A DNA stretch of 33,827 bases from Phoronis australis (taxonomy: Eukaryota > Animalia > Phoronida), in the NCBI GenBank assembly GCA_002633005.1, contig NMRA01001164.1, forward strand, positions 1-33,827. The letters run 5' to 3'. The position numbers and the translations under genes are program-made. Of this stretch, positions 1 through 12,918 are shown in pieces. Under the pieces are notes generated by a model. It did no database searches, was not told the DNA's origin, and worked only from the letters and a program-made list of their open reading frames with translations. Position 1 is the stretch's first letter. The number at the start of each line of letters is the position of its first letter.

Positions 1-721
1 GGGATGTTACCACTGATCGCGAGGTTGTTTGTTGGAGCCAAGTTCATTAATTTTGACTCCAGAGTTAGAAAACAGGGAACAATGGTAATTTATTTCAGGC
101 CTTTTTGTGTGCCATGATGGTATTGTGTGAAAATGTCACCAATTTTGGATACAATACTAGTATGAATGACAATTAAGTGCCATTTCCACATTTTTTTCAT
201 GTATGAAATGTAGCACCAAAATAAATGATTTGATTTCCATGTCCAAGACTTTTACCAGAGCTACAGTCAGACATTATGTTTGGAAGTTCGTGGGTACGTA
301 TAATTCACAACGTTAATAGTCTTTTAAACATGAAAAAAATCAATTTGGGTCATTATTTTTGCCTGAAATTCATGATGAGATAACACCATACATTTTGGTT
401 GCTTTGCGATATGATGTTTCTTGTGTGAAGTTTGCAACACTTATAAAAAATAATTGCAGGCCGTCTCAAGTACACATTGTATCCAAGAGGTGCGCATGCC
501 GCTTATGTGGGCCCATTGCACTGATCACCTGCAACACTTACAACACTTCCTGTATTTGTACCTGAGTTACATGCTATCCGTCAGTATTGTACTGGTTCGC
601 ATTCAGTAGGGTACCTTTTCATTGTGTCAGTATTGTACTGGTTCACATTCAATAGGTACCTTTTCATTGTGTCAGTATTGTACTGGTTCGCATTCAGTAG
701 GGTACCTTTTCATTGTGTCAG
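1..721 (+). repeat. Third copy: window start duplicates 25698-26369 and overlaps 23221-23323
   Basis: 1-103 is identical to 23221-23323. 1 to about 721 aligns to 25698-26369 with few differences and diverges after the minisatellite. Confidence 0.9.
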
Positions 722-729
722 TATTGTAC
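580..729 (+). repeat. 45-46-bp minisatellite, about 3.3 units
   Basis: GTCAGTATTGTACTGGTTC(G/A)CATTCA...GGTACCTTTTCATTGT units start at 580, 626, 671 and 717 (partial). Confidence 0.9.
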
Positions 730-1820
730 AGAGTCTGTGAGGGGTACTGGGGTATTGGAGTTTCTCTATTATTTGTACAGAAAGATCTTGTAGATGATGT
801 TTGTTTCGTATCACAAATGTTTTTATGTATTACGTTAAATCTGTAATTGCGAAACCTAATTGGTAGATTATGTTAAGTTTGTACTACTTATTGAACGGAA
901 CATTTTCTACATGTTATAAGTAAATTATATTGTTGGTGGTGCAGTCAGAATGATGTTTTACCCCTGACTGCAGACCTCACCGAGTTGCTTCCTGTGAATT
1001 AAACTGTGCGCATGATATCCGCTAAAACATTAGCAACTTTACACTGGCACGATAGCGCATAGTGCACATGCTCTCCTCACTAGCCCACCCATTTATCAAC
1101 CACGTAAAACAGACGAGAATAAACCTGAGAAAATGCCATTTCCGCGACGCCTCTTTATTTAGTAACAGAAATTTGCAGCACTGCCAAGCGGAGTACTTAG
1201 ATTGAGTCGTTAAGTGGCACTGTACAGTGGCTCTTACCTATACAAGGGAAGTCATGCTTTTTGTCTGTACAAGGGTGCTCGGCAAAAACTAGGCAAGAAT
1301 TTTGAATCGTTTGCATGATGAACCACTTAACCACGCCAACTCCCGAGTATGGGCCATGGAGCCACAATATCATGCATACGAAGAGAGTCCACTTGCACAT
1401 AAAAGTCGCATATTCATTTATGCATGTGAACCTTAAATTCATCCACCCGAGCACACAATCATCCGCAGGAACCAAATACTATTCGAATACGTTAAATGTT
1501 CGTGTGAAAGAGTTATCTTTGTTCGAACGACTGCGAAGTTTTCCGGCGAGACCGAACACGGGTTGCGTTCGATTTGCGAGCCGGTCGAGTCGCTCAATAA
1601 AATGGAACGAACTGAGAAACAAGATCAAACTAAAAAGGAAATGCCATGGTAATTTTTCCAGCTAAAACATCAAATGAACAAAAATCAAGCCGTTGTTGTT
1701 CACATCAGTGACTTTTTCAGTTTTCAAGTTGTCCATTGTAGTTGCTAACAGTTTTCGCATCTTTAGTTTGTGTCTGTGTGCCTGTTGTAATATTAGCAGG
1801 GGCCGGGGTCTAGAAATGGG

Positions 1821-2010
1821 ATTATTTTTGGCATTTTCTGTTCTACTTTTGAGCGAACTCAAGATACCGGTTGCGATTAGTCAGTGCTTGAGTTCATTAT
1901 GGTTCATGAGTGTGAGTTTCCAGTAAAAGTATTGAGTTACAAACTCGAGTAAAATTGACACACTTATCTTGAATTCGCACAAATGTAGGATAGAAAATGC
2001 CAAAAACAAT
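1821..2010. repeat. Imperfect inverted repeat (MITE-like), 46-bp arms
   Basis: 1821-1866 is the reverse complement of 1965-2010 with 6 mismatches. Confidence 0.75.
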
Positions 2011-5000
2011 TTCGAGTTCGGTTTCAAGGAAAAAGAGTAGATCCAGGGGCCAGATTTCTAAGCAACCACGCCGGGTTTAGTTACGGAAGGTTTGGCTGCT
2101 ACGTGGCTTCAACATCTCTTTAAAATTATCGCAATGTGACGCGAGAGCGAGAGCCCATTGCTGTTACATAGTGTTCAGCGTTTATCTACCAGAAACCGGA
2201 ATGATAACAACGATACTTTGTGTTAAGAAACGGACGTACTTATCAAGAAGATATAACGCATCACTCGTGAACCGCTCATTGCAAATATCAAGTTTCATAG
2301 ATATTGTGTTAATCAACGTTTCGGTTTATTACCACTAACCATTCTTAAGACAAATGCAAGTTTCATAGGCACGATAGAGTGCTAGTGGTACTAAAACAAT
2401 ACGATTTCCTTGACTATTTCCACTGATAGGGAGGGTGTCCGATTTCAAGCCAATTTCGCAACAAGCACGTTTTGCTGTGAAGGCTCAACTCAAGTGACCT
2501 CGTGAGCTACACATTGCGTTTCCGTTAAGTAAAATGCAAGAAACTGAATTCATCGCCGCAGAGTCTGAAGTGACGAATTTAACGTATACACTTATTCTAA
2601 ATTGGTTATTTCAAATGCTGTTACAGTTTTCTAAATAAGCATTTCGTTTCTGTTTTACGTAACGACTTTTGAGTTTCTTTCTAAAAATCATAAAACTCAT
2701 ATTTCTTATAATTTTTCATGCAAAAGTAGAGCGTTCAATTTGGGCAGCAGTGATAAAGATTAGCTTCTGAAAAACGATGCTCCGAATATATTCACCCAGA
2801 GTTTGGCACTTTTGGTTCCCACATGGTAGATAGATATATAGATTGCGGGGATGTAAACCAAAACAAGCAAAATGAGTATATTTTTATCATTTTTCGTTAA
2901 AAATGGACGCATTTTGAAAACAGTTCTTAACAGTGTTTTGGAAAATAGTGCACAAAGCACAGTTTTTGGAAGTTTCATGTGAATCCAATCAGTCATTTGA
3001 GATGTTCCTAAGTTAGCCAAATTTGGTTATTTTGCAAAAGTCCTACATAAACCTTTTTCAAACATTAATTGTAACAAACTAATAATTGCAATAGAAACAT
3101 GTACATTTAGCAGCGTTATAATATACGTTGTGTTTTTCTAATGTACCGTTAATTTTGCTGATAGAAAATTCTATATTTTTATAGTTTTTCAAACTCATGA
3201 AATCAGATGTTAACGCAATATTGTTCTGCATTCTACATTGATATATGGCATTTTTGCAATTAAAGCTACAAGATTTATATTGTTGCTACATTTGGTATTT
3301 CCAAACAAAATGCCATGATCGTTTAAATTATCAATGCTAAGGAAATCAATCTCCTACACAAACTTAACTAACTTTTTAGTAAAGCTTTAGCAGACAATCT
3401 TTCCATTCCATTCACTATGACGAATGTTTATAAAAGTTTGAAATTGTTCACCTGTACAGGTTGTGCTGAACTTTATTTTTGCGACTGGCGGTAGCACTCG
3501 CGTCGGACACACGGGTTTTAAAATACTCACAGTGTTTTAGCTGCTGTTCAAAATTCAGACATTCAAGCAAAATACTCCTTGAAAACATTTAAACAACGAA
3601 TTAACACTGCATGCCCCAACTTCTGAAATGCCGCTCTGGCTTGTGTCGAGTAAAAATTCCTTTTTCAGGAAACGTAATGCATCTTAATCAGTTGTTTTTC
3701 TATAGTTTTGAGAATACAACTAACAGGCATGCTCCCTCGTGACATTGCCTGCTAGATTCTAGCATCCTGGGTAGCGCACTGACAATTTCTTTTGATTTTT
3801 GACACGAAAACAACTGTCGTTGATGAATGGTAGAGTAGATCTACTTTAACAAAGATATAGATTATGATTCTTGATACCAGAAAAAATGGTACCCATAAAA
3901 GAATCTTCGTCTACGTGGTTCATATGCAGCAGTCAAAAGTAACACTGTTGTGTCGCTATCTATTCATACACTTAAATGCACGTTTTAGGCTACAATACCA
4001 GTATTAAAATACGCCCACGAATCTGAATTTTAACCTGTTTCTGAAATACCATAACTTACCTTGCAAAACGATACTGTTATAATTCTTTATCCTTTTAAGC
4101 GTGTCAGCAAACTTTTAACTGCTCTAAAACTCTCGATTACGTTAGACACGCTACAACGCTATTTGCAGACTATTGCATCTGCCGTCGACGACGTCCGTTA
4201 CAATTCATAGTCGCGTGAATGGATATTTTATTTATAACTTTCGATCAAATTAGCACATCGCAAGTCATCATAAGGTAACTGGGATAGGTTCAGAGACGTT
4301 GTACTTTTGCGAGTTTGACGAGATCACGAAAGTCTCCGCGAACAGAGTTGGGTCACGTGATCTTTCTTACTTGCACTCAGTGGCTGAGTTTGAAGGTACT
4401 CCGTCAAACGATTACAATGACTCGAAGGCAGCGCAATAACGCGGCGTCTTTCAGGACGAACAGCAAAAAATATTAGTTCAGATAACAAAATTACAAAACA
4501 ATTAGCACAATCGTGGTCATAAAAATTATTGCCATGAAGGAAATTTGCTTACAAAAGAGACGGGAGTGAAGTGAATTTTTGCGGTCAAGATTACTGTGGT
4601 CTCTTTTTTGCGGCACAGTACAATTTGGAAAAATGAAAGAAGTGAAACAGGTACTCAGTGCCTTCAAAACAAGGATGCAGAAACAGTTGACCGTAGCGCA
4701 ATGACTCCGCAAGCAATGGACATGAAACTTCGTACTGCATGTAGGTGTTGTTATACTATATGACTTATTGCTCAGCGCTCAGTCATCTGCCACAAAAGTA
4801 AGCTAAGCACATATCTCGACACCGGTAACCAGCAAACCGCCAAAGGAAAGCAATTAGTGAAATATACCAGTTCGTTCAAGTTTTGCCTTAATGATAAGTC
4901 TGCTTTACTCACAAAAAAGTCTGCTCCAAATGAAGCTTTACCGTCGGTAAACCAGTTTACTTTGGGCCACGAGATTTTCGGTAGACTACAAAGTTGTGGA

Positions 5001-7586
5001 AAGAATCACTTCAATTTCATTGAATCGCTGTTCTGCAAACTACTTGGGAGCGCTGCTCGCATCGGATAATCCCGCTACCCCACGGCCACAAATGAGGTAG
5101 TCAATTCCCGGTATCACAACTCAAAACCACACAGAAAGCATGACAGCACTAGTTCTGAGCCTTTGGTTACATATACGAGACATGCCACTCGAATTACTTC
5201 TCCACACCTAGATTACCGACAAAAGGGTGTTTTTTTCTGACTTCCTACCAGAGTACATTTTTGGATGGTTACTATACAAAACTCGTCCACTATTTGCCAC
5301 AGAACTTAACAGAAGGGTTTCTTAATATTTAATTTATCTTTTTGTGTTGAAAAGAAAAAAGATCGTAAGATAATTTTTTTATTTTTTACTTAACAAATAA
5401 ACATTTTGTAGGGTTAAACACCTACAAAAGGATTTCACTACGTGCAGAAAAGGTGACTCGTGACATACGAGTAAATGGATCCCTTTTAATTTTCCTCACT
5501 CGCTACAAAGATGAGATTTTATCTAGCCAATTCTTCATGATAGTAGTCTAGTAGTCCAGTAGATTCAATCACCTTGATTCTACCTGTTGCCACTTCTCTA
5601 GGGGAAATTACTTTGGGTCAAATCAGCATCGTAAATAGAAAATCAATAGTAAGTCTTAGTTTTTAGAAAAAAAAACGAGATTGACCTGCTAATCTGTTTG
5701 GTTCTACGTTTTGATGGATTTTGACGAATTAAAAATATGTTAATGGAAGCAAATAAGCTACCGCCATATTGTTTTGTTTATCTCCAATTTAGAGTTGTTG
5801 TTAGGGGTGTGACACAATCACTTTTCGTCCTGCTGGCGTCACCTCCTCCTCACTATAAACCGTTGTTATACGTTGATACAAACGCAGAGACTCCAACTTT
5901 TAACTGAAGAAATTCTGGAAATTTTCAAAATACCTCAACCAGGCCTTCCCCGGTCACGCAAACACGGTCTTTCATAGTCACAACAAATTCTGAAAAATCA
6001 TGACTTTACTTTCAGGTGAATTTCACAAACTGGATTTCCATGACGAAATCATATAAATCTCGCAATGGATATGTCGTTTGTACCCAAGGAGGCTGTACAG
6101 CTGCAAACAAAAGACGGTATGTCGTTTTTGAAGATTTAATGATAACGAAATGCAGAAAATACTGGAGATATGCTGGAACTGCTGGAAATTGTACTCTGCA
6201 GCTAGTAGAATAATAAAAATACCGGAGACTCACAGACTTTCAAGAAGAGTTGGCGTCTTCGTAAACGCAATTATTCTGTCACGCGTGATCCGGTTGTATA
6301 CGAAATAGTGTCACCGTGGAAGGTCGGCCCTCCTCGTTGGTGATGGCGACAGCAATCAACTCCGACAAGAGGAAAAGGTTTCTTGCATGTGTGATTTTAT
6401 TGTGTCACAACAGGATAGTGACTTTCCAGATCAGGGAAGTAAAGGATGGAAATTGACCTGTGACCTCCCTCGTGACCTCTGACCAGCGATAAAGTTTACC
6501 TATCTGTAATGAAAAACATTTGAAAATAGGTATTTTTAAAATGAAACGCTGTGCCTTTACTTTGGATAAATGATGACTAGTGAATGCTGGGACGATTTTA
6601 ATGAAACACTTACCTAAGTTATAATTATTTTCATAAAAAATTCCGAAACAACAAGCCAACAACACCTTTGAAACAATCATGTTTCATCACCACAGCAACA
6701 CCTTTTGCCTTGAGTTGACTATAATTCTTAACATCTGTATTTAGTTTTTGATCTGTAGTTTACTGTTAAATACATACTTGGTTGCAAAGATCACTGATTG
6801 TGCTCTACTGAAGTGAAAAGAAACGTGTAACACGTTTTTAAGTTCCATAAGCGAGGATTTCTCGCCGCAAGTGAATGGCTAATGCCTTGGGTCCACGGAA
6901 CCCACTCACTCTCGATGTCTGAGCGTTCCGTAAGTGGCTCCAAGTTTGACAACTGTAAAGACCATTTCTGGTTGTCACTACAAACAAGAAAGGAATGCGT
7001 GAGCTCTGCTGGGTTTCTTAGGTTATGTGGGAGCATCCCGACAAAGCTATGCATTTAGCCAAACACTTAAAAACTATGCAAATTAAGCGGGTACAAACCC
7101 CCGTTCCGTCTAATAGGAGAACGTGGTCTCAACTTCTCGACTCCTGGGTTTGCAAACTATTAACTGTGTTCGTTATCCTTTGATGCCATGCTCGGTGTAT
7201 AAAAGGACAGGCCTTGACTAACCATCTTGAAACACCTGGTCTCAAGCACCTGCGGAGTGTCAGTGGGCCATGAGCTGTAGGAGCTTCAAAAAACGTTGCG
7301 TGAGCACGTTCACCTAGAAATTTTATGTTAACGTTTTCCTCCTCAATCATAGGTGCACTTTTTGAAATGTAAAAAAAATCCTGCGATTAAAGTTGCACAT
7401 TTTTGTGTAATTTTCCAACGAATTTGTTGAAAAATTACAAATGTTGACATTTGGAGTTTGTGTTTAATGTGTCATCATTAATAGAAATATAGAATTTAAA
7501 CTTTGTTGGCCACGCTCAACAAATGAAATGAGCAAAATAGGTCAAAATTAGCTTTTTAAATCCCAACGCCAGATAGTGGTAGAATG

Positions 7587-8398
7587 AAAAATTACTTTAA
7601 ATTACAAGTGACCCGGACCGTTTTGACGTTTACAGTAAACAAGTGATGAAGTTAGGTCTAAAAGCTGTTACAACTAACTGAAGACGCACGAGATGGGCGG
7701 TGATATTTTGCTAACAAAAATTACGATAATGCAGGAGCTGTGTCGCAGTAGAAGGAATTAAAAATAGAGGACTCAGGGCCACGAACTAAAAAAACTGTGA
7801 GACAGTGGTAGGAAAAAGTAGAGGGCTCAGGATCCACAAAGTAATAACCCTAAAATAACCTCAAATTCGATTAAACGGAACAATATGAACCGAGACTAAT
7901 TCCATAACGTTAACTTTTTATGGAAGATGGGTTGATAACTTCTTTAAGAGTATATATTTTTATTGATTTTCTGGAGGAATGAAGTAAAATTTGATTGTTG
8001 ACTTGACGCCAATCTGAATCCAAAACTACTTTAAATTACAAATGACCCGGACCGTTTTGACATTTACAATAAACAAGTGACGGAAGCTACGACTGCAAGT
8101 TTAAAACTGAAAGCACACGAGAAGGGCAGTGATATTTGATTAACAAAATTACGATGAAGCAGGAACTATGTCGCAGTAGCAGGAATTAAAAGTAGAGGAC
8201 TTGGGGTCCGCGAAATAAAGTCCTGAAATCACCTCTAATTCAATTAAGGAAAAATATAAGACCAATTTCATAACAGTATTTTTTATGGAAGATGGGTTTA
8301 TGTCTGCTTTATCTCAGTAACAGTATATACGAGTATATTTTGATTTTCTGAAAGAATGAGGTCCGTAAAATTTGATTTTGGCTAAACGACAATCTGAC
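7587..8398 (+). repeat. Old diverged tandem duplication (~430-bp period)
   Basis: 7587-8018 and 8022-8398 share colinear anchors: TACTTTAAATTACAA, TGACCCGGACCGTTTTGAC, TGTCGCAGTAG, TTTTATGGAAGATGGGTT and AATCTGA. There are many substitutions and indels. Confidence 0.85.
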
Positions 8399-9080
8399 AT
8401 TATTTGAATTACTGATCATGTCTCTTTAGTGAAATTAAACCAAAAGATACATTAATAGCAAGCCAACGGTGACAGTAACGGCGTCCAAATTCTCTTGAAA
8501 TAATTGATAAAGATGAAATGTTTCAAAAATGCTGACCTTACATTTCCTGAGTCGTCATATTGTTTTATTCAGCTTGGTCTCAAATTGTTTCTTATTCAAG
8601 TAAGAGATGATTTGCATGTCTACGAAAGAACTGTTACAACTTGAGATGAGGCTCTATACGTTGGCTCGTCACGATATTATGGTTTCTGTGACGAGCATGC
8701 CGTCTTTGTCAACGAACAACAAACTGTCGGGTTTTTTTTTGGAAACCAGAAATCGTTTTTCACCAAGGAGTAAGTTGAGACCAAATTTATTGCTCTGAGT
8801 GGTCTGAATAAAAAACAGGTTCTCAGACGAGTTTATAAAGCTGCTGTAGCAGTGGCGGATCTAGGATATCACAAGGGGGGGCCAACATTTTATCCGGCTG
8901 TAAGCATTTGCGCAAACTGAACCACGATTGTAGATGAGCATAGCACCTCCCGCTCAGGAAATTTTTCTGTTTTTACCTCTAAAAATCAAGCATTTTCCTT
9001 GATTCCTGAAGTATTATCCAAGCAAAAAAGGAAAAAAAAACAAAACCAGGAGAACGTGTCAAACAGGAAAAACTGAACGT

Positions 9081-9141
9081 ACCAAAGACTCGAACTCACG
9101 ACCTGGCGGATAGAGAGCGCGTGCGTTACCAATACACCACC
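9081..9141 (-). repeat. tRNA-like/SINE-head sequence with Pol III A and B boxes
   Basis: Minus strand GGTGGTGTATTGGTAACGCACGCGCTCTCTATCCGCCAGGTCGTGAGTTCGAGTCTTTGGT has an A-box-like TGGTGTATTGG and a B-box GTTCGAGTC at tRNA-like spacing. The stems do not form a full cloverleaf. Confidence 0.55.
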
Positions 9142-9657
9142 AAGATTTAACTACAAATCTCATACTAAAAGACCTACTTGTTTATGGTCCACAGCGTTTG
9201 CGCGCGAAACCTACTTCTTTTCGCAATGCTTATTACACGTTTTATATTTTGTGCCATCAATTGTTAACAAATTTGTCGTATTTAAAATAGTCTTCAAATG
9301 CCCAAAAGACCAAATCCGTTTTTCGTGTTGCCAATAATGACGGGGTTGCTTTGGGAATCGTCTTAAGATAAGGTTTGACAAAGAGAGTATTGCGAGTTTC
9401 TGAGTGATTCACTTAGGCTTCGATTAAAATTCACATCTTACCAGCAGCTTCTGTTTTTTCATCGTCACTCAGGTTCCATTCTCTTTAAAAAATGAAGTAA
9501 ATTTTCTTCATTGCACAGTGGAGCAGACGACGAAAACGGAGTCGTAGTGCGCAGCGCCACTGCCGGTCGCCTGGGATATCGCGGAAGAGCCTATACTTAG
9601 CCATAGCTCCGTTACTAATGCGCCGTGTTCCGAATTTGACACTTGAAATTGGATTTG

Positions 9658-9774
9658 NNNNNNNNNNNNNNNNNNNNNNNNNNNNNNNNNNNNNNNNNNN
9701 NNNNNNNNNNNNNNNNNNNNNNNNNNNNNNNNNNNNNNNNNNNNNNNNNNNNNNNNNNNNNNNNNNNNNNNNNN
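9658..9774. other. Assembly gap (117 N)
   Basis: Run of N. Confidence 1.
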
Positions 9775-10387
9775 TTGCGGCAGCCAAGGGGGGGGGGGTC
9801 CCAGGCCCCCTGGGCCCCCCCTCCCTAAATCCGCCTATGTGTAGATATGCGGCTAGCAGACTTGTCAATGACAATAGGGTCTATCACACCTAAAGGACTA
9901 AATGTAGCTCACTAGGCCTACTTCCTCTCTTGTTAGTCGTGGCAACCATGATCTTTAGGCCTACTAAAAGAAATGCAAGTCCAATTTTTGACAGCCTCTC
10001 ATGCCAAAGTGAACTAGCGCCAACGCAAGACACTTCTGAGATCTGAAGTTCCCAAGTTAGCCAAATTTAGTCATTCTTCTGGGGATCCGCATGTAGCAAG
10101 TAGGCATAACGTTCGTACCTGCTCTCGTTGATTATGAAGACTGTAAATTTAGCCTAAGTAGAAACGAATTAGGCACTGCTAAACTGTAAACAATGGCGTG
10201 ACACAGTGCCTTGCGCGAAAGGGAGCGGCGCGTGAAATTTTTGCACGAGGCGCGCTCGTAGGCCTACTTTCAGTAAGTGGGCCCTGAACTGTAGGTTACG
10301 TGAGTGCTTTGACCTGGCAATTTTATATTAACAATTTCCACATCATTTATAAGTGTGCCTTTCAAATAATTCAATCGTACTTTGATT

Positions 10388-11018
10388 CTAAGAGACCTAC
10401 TTGTTTATGGTCCACAACGTTTGCGCGCGAAACCTACTTCTTTTTTATAATGCCTATTAGACTTTTTGTATTTTGTGCAATCAGTTCGTAACAAATTTGT
10501 TGTATTTGAAATATTCTTCAATTGCCCAAAAGACCAAATCCGTTTTTTTGTGTTATGACGCGATTGCTTTGGAAATCGTCTTAAGTTAAGGTTTGACAAA
10601 GAGAGAATTATGAGTTTCTGAGGGATTCACTAAGGCTTCGATTAAAACTCACATCTTACCAGCAGCTTCTGTTTTTTCATCGTCACTCAGATTCCATTTT
10701 GTTTTAAAAATGAAGTAAAATTTTCTTCATTGCACAGTGAAGCAGACGACAGAAACGAAGTCTTAGGGCGCAGCGCCACTGCCGGTCGTCTGGGATATCG
10801 CGGGAGATCCTATACTTAGCCATAGTTCCGATACGATTGCCCCGTGTTCCCCCCAAACACACTAAAGTGCACACATTTAAATGTTGTTTCAGTCGTATAA
10901 TGTTAATTACCGGGGTTAATTAATAAACTCAACATTTCCCTAAGCTCTTGCTGTTTTATTTTTTGCGGCAGCCAAGGGGTGGGGCGGGCCCCCTGGACCC
11001 CCCCTAAATCCGCCTATG
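10388..11018. mobile_element. Second, left-truncated copy of the same MITE family
   Basis: 10388-10850 aligns by eye to 9165-9631, and 10963-11018 aligns to 9775-9839, ending in CCTAAATCCGCCTATG. The right flank differs and no left TIR is seen. Confidence 0.7.
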
Positions 11019-12219
11019 TAAACTTTGTTCTACCGATATCTATTGTCACATTAACCATGAGAAACGAGCAAAATAGCGCAAAATACCAGTATTAATTAAA
11101 TCACACCGCTGCAGAAAATGAAACTACATTTAATTGTAATTTTCTGTGCTATTTTATGTTCACACGGAACAGGCGAAAGATATAGAATTCCAAACCTGTC
11201 GGTTGTGACCGCGTACGGTATTTACACGTTAGCGCGTCAATTTATGTGAAGCGTCAAAGAGTACTTTTCAGAGCGTAGATGTGGATGCCCTTCCGTCTAG
11301 TTGTGCTCTGTAGTATTTTTGTAGACATTTTATTTTTATTTCATAAGTATATTATAGACATCCAAATTTCCAATTGAAATTCTACCTGTAATCCTTAGTG
11401 TGATACATAGTAGTTAGTAACTGTATAGCAGCCCTAATAAAAATCTCATTTTTATGCTGTCATGTGACACTGTGCCTTTAGGATATTGGTACCTGGTCAT
11501 TTTGGACAGCTTCGACACCTTCGCCTACGAATATTTGCTTGTCTGCTTTTGTTTATGTCCGTATTAAGAAGGGATTTTAATTACTATTACATTCTTATTA
11601 CTTTGTGTATATAGCTGTATTCACAGTGATTTGGAAAGTGATGTTCTGATTTGTCTATGAACCTCATTTTGCTCAAGAAGCCTGTTATGTTTGTAAAAAC
11701 TTTTACATTAAATAAAATATTTTAAAACAACCTCGTGTCCTTCTTTTGTGAGCTTGGTATCTCAATAACAGCTTATAGGACTCAAATGAAACAGACGCTA
11801 TGCTATCCACGTTGTTTTCCAGGCTGATTTTTAAATGGGCGTGTTTTTTGAAGGCTTTAATTGAATGAATTTTATGAAAATATCGATTTTCATCTTAAAA
11901 GCTGCACAAAATAAAAAAGGATATTTTGAAAACTGATTTTGAGATCTATTCATGAATATTTATGTGAAATGAGATTTGGCCATGCTGACAATACTTTATC
12001 TTTCCTGCAACATAGCTTCTTTGCTAAGTTTTAGTAAAAACCATGTTCATTTTAAGACAGATTTGTGTTGAGTAAAAAATTGAATTATACTATCTTTCTA
12101 ATTTCAGAAAACATGTACCTTTTCTGAGTACAATTAATAAAGTATGCCCTAAACTGGCTGAATTTCACCAAGTGTTTGCTGCAATATGTAAATGATCATC
12201 GTCCTGCTGTTAATCAATT

Positions 12220-12680
12220 TATTTGAGAGCACGGGCGTGATTGGACCATATGAAGGACCAAGGAACATCTAAACTCTGACAGAAGTTTACATGTAAATAT
12301 TCATCTACAGAGCTCCAATCATTGTTATCAGCAGTACTCTTTCAGTGACTTTGCAATAATAGACTAGGCAGTAACAGCAAAGGAGCTTAAAATTTGTGAC
12401 GCTCTACACATCAGTTGGTCCAAGTCCAATCTCAATAGGGAACTGGCACACCACAGGTTGTCATTGTTGGTCTAGTTCATTGTCACTCCCAGTAACTGAC
12501 TGTATCTGTGCTTCATTACTTGTTGCTGGGCCTAGCTAGGTGGCCACTGCATTTTCTCTTCTGATGATGGTGTTTGAATAAATGACACCGAAACATGTCA
12601 AGTCGACTTAAAACCGTTGTTGTTTTCTTTAATACGCTACCTTGAGATTAAGCAAGACTCCCAAGTTCACACACAGCAGC
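12220..12680 (+). mobile_element. 3' relic of a Penelope-like retroelement (decayed GIY-YIG C-terminus, 3' region and HHR)
   Basis: From 12248 the sequence reads I*RTKEHLNSDRSLHVN, preceded by a G-V-I segment and followed by I-Y in a shifted frame. This resembles the PLE endonuclease tail (RGVKEAIxIRxxxxxLNRDxGxxLxxIY). An HHR lies about 250 nt downstream, the usual PLE arrangement. Boundaries are approximate. Confidence 0.5.
12558..12602 (+). ncRNA. Minimal type I hammerhead ribozyme motif (Penelope-like element type)
   Basis: CTT-CTGATGA-T-GGTGT(ttgaataaatg)ACACC-GAAA-CATG-TC-AAG. It has both core boxes, a 5-bp stem II, a palindromic ACATGT stem III region, a GUC cleavage triplet and a 3-bp stem I (CTT/AAG). 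There is one extra nt after CUGAUGA. Confidence 0.75.
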
Positions 12681-12918
12681 AATACGTTTTACATGCTGAA
12701 ATTTACACAAACTTCGGTGAAAACACGACTAGACTTTTCCAAGCTTGATACTGGTTCGTTCGTGGTGTCGGAACCATAGACATCTTAATACTACTGTGAT
12801 GTCTAGGGTCGGTGTGCAGCTACGTAGCAAAACACCGAGAGACATAACAAACAAACAAATTAAAACGCTAACTATATTTCGAGAGTGCATGACATCATCA
12901 GGCAATGAGTGGAATGAA

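Larger units (their letters stand above)
8850..9839. mobile_element. Non-autonomous DNA transposon/MITE with CAGTGGCGGATCTAGG-type termini (spans an assembly gap)
   Basis: Left end CAGTGGCGGATCTAGG and right end CCTAAATCCGCCTATG are imperfect inverted repeats with subterminal G/C runs. TGTAG flanks both ends. The interior is shared with the copy at 10388-11018. Confidence 0.6.

Noticed and set aside
580-729. Regular 46-bp repeats as a CRISPR array
   Set aside because: The units are head-to-tail with no unique spacers, there are no cas genes and the context is eukaryotic. This is a minisatellite.
6016-6213. Exon after the acceptor-like ttttactttcag
   Set aside because: The acceptor is plausible, but there is no recognisable protein similarity and no linked upstream exon.
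9081-9141. Functional tRNA gene
   Set aside because: The A and B boxes are present, but the acceptor and anticodon stems do not pair.
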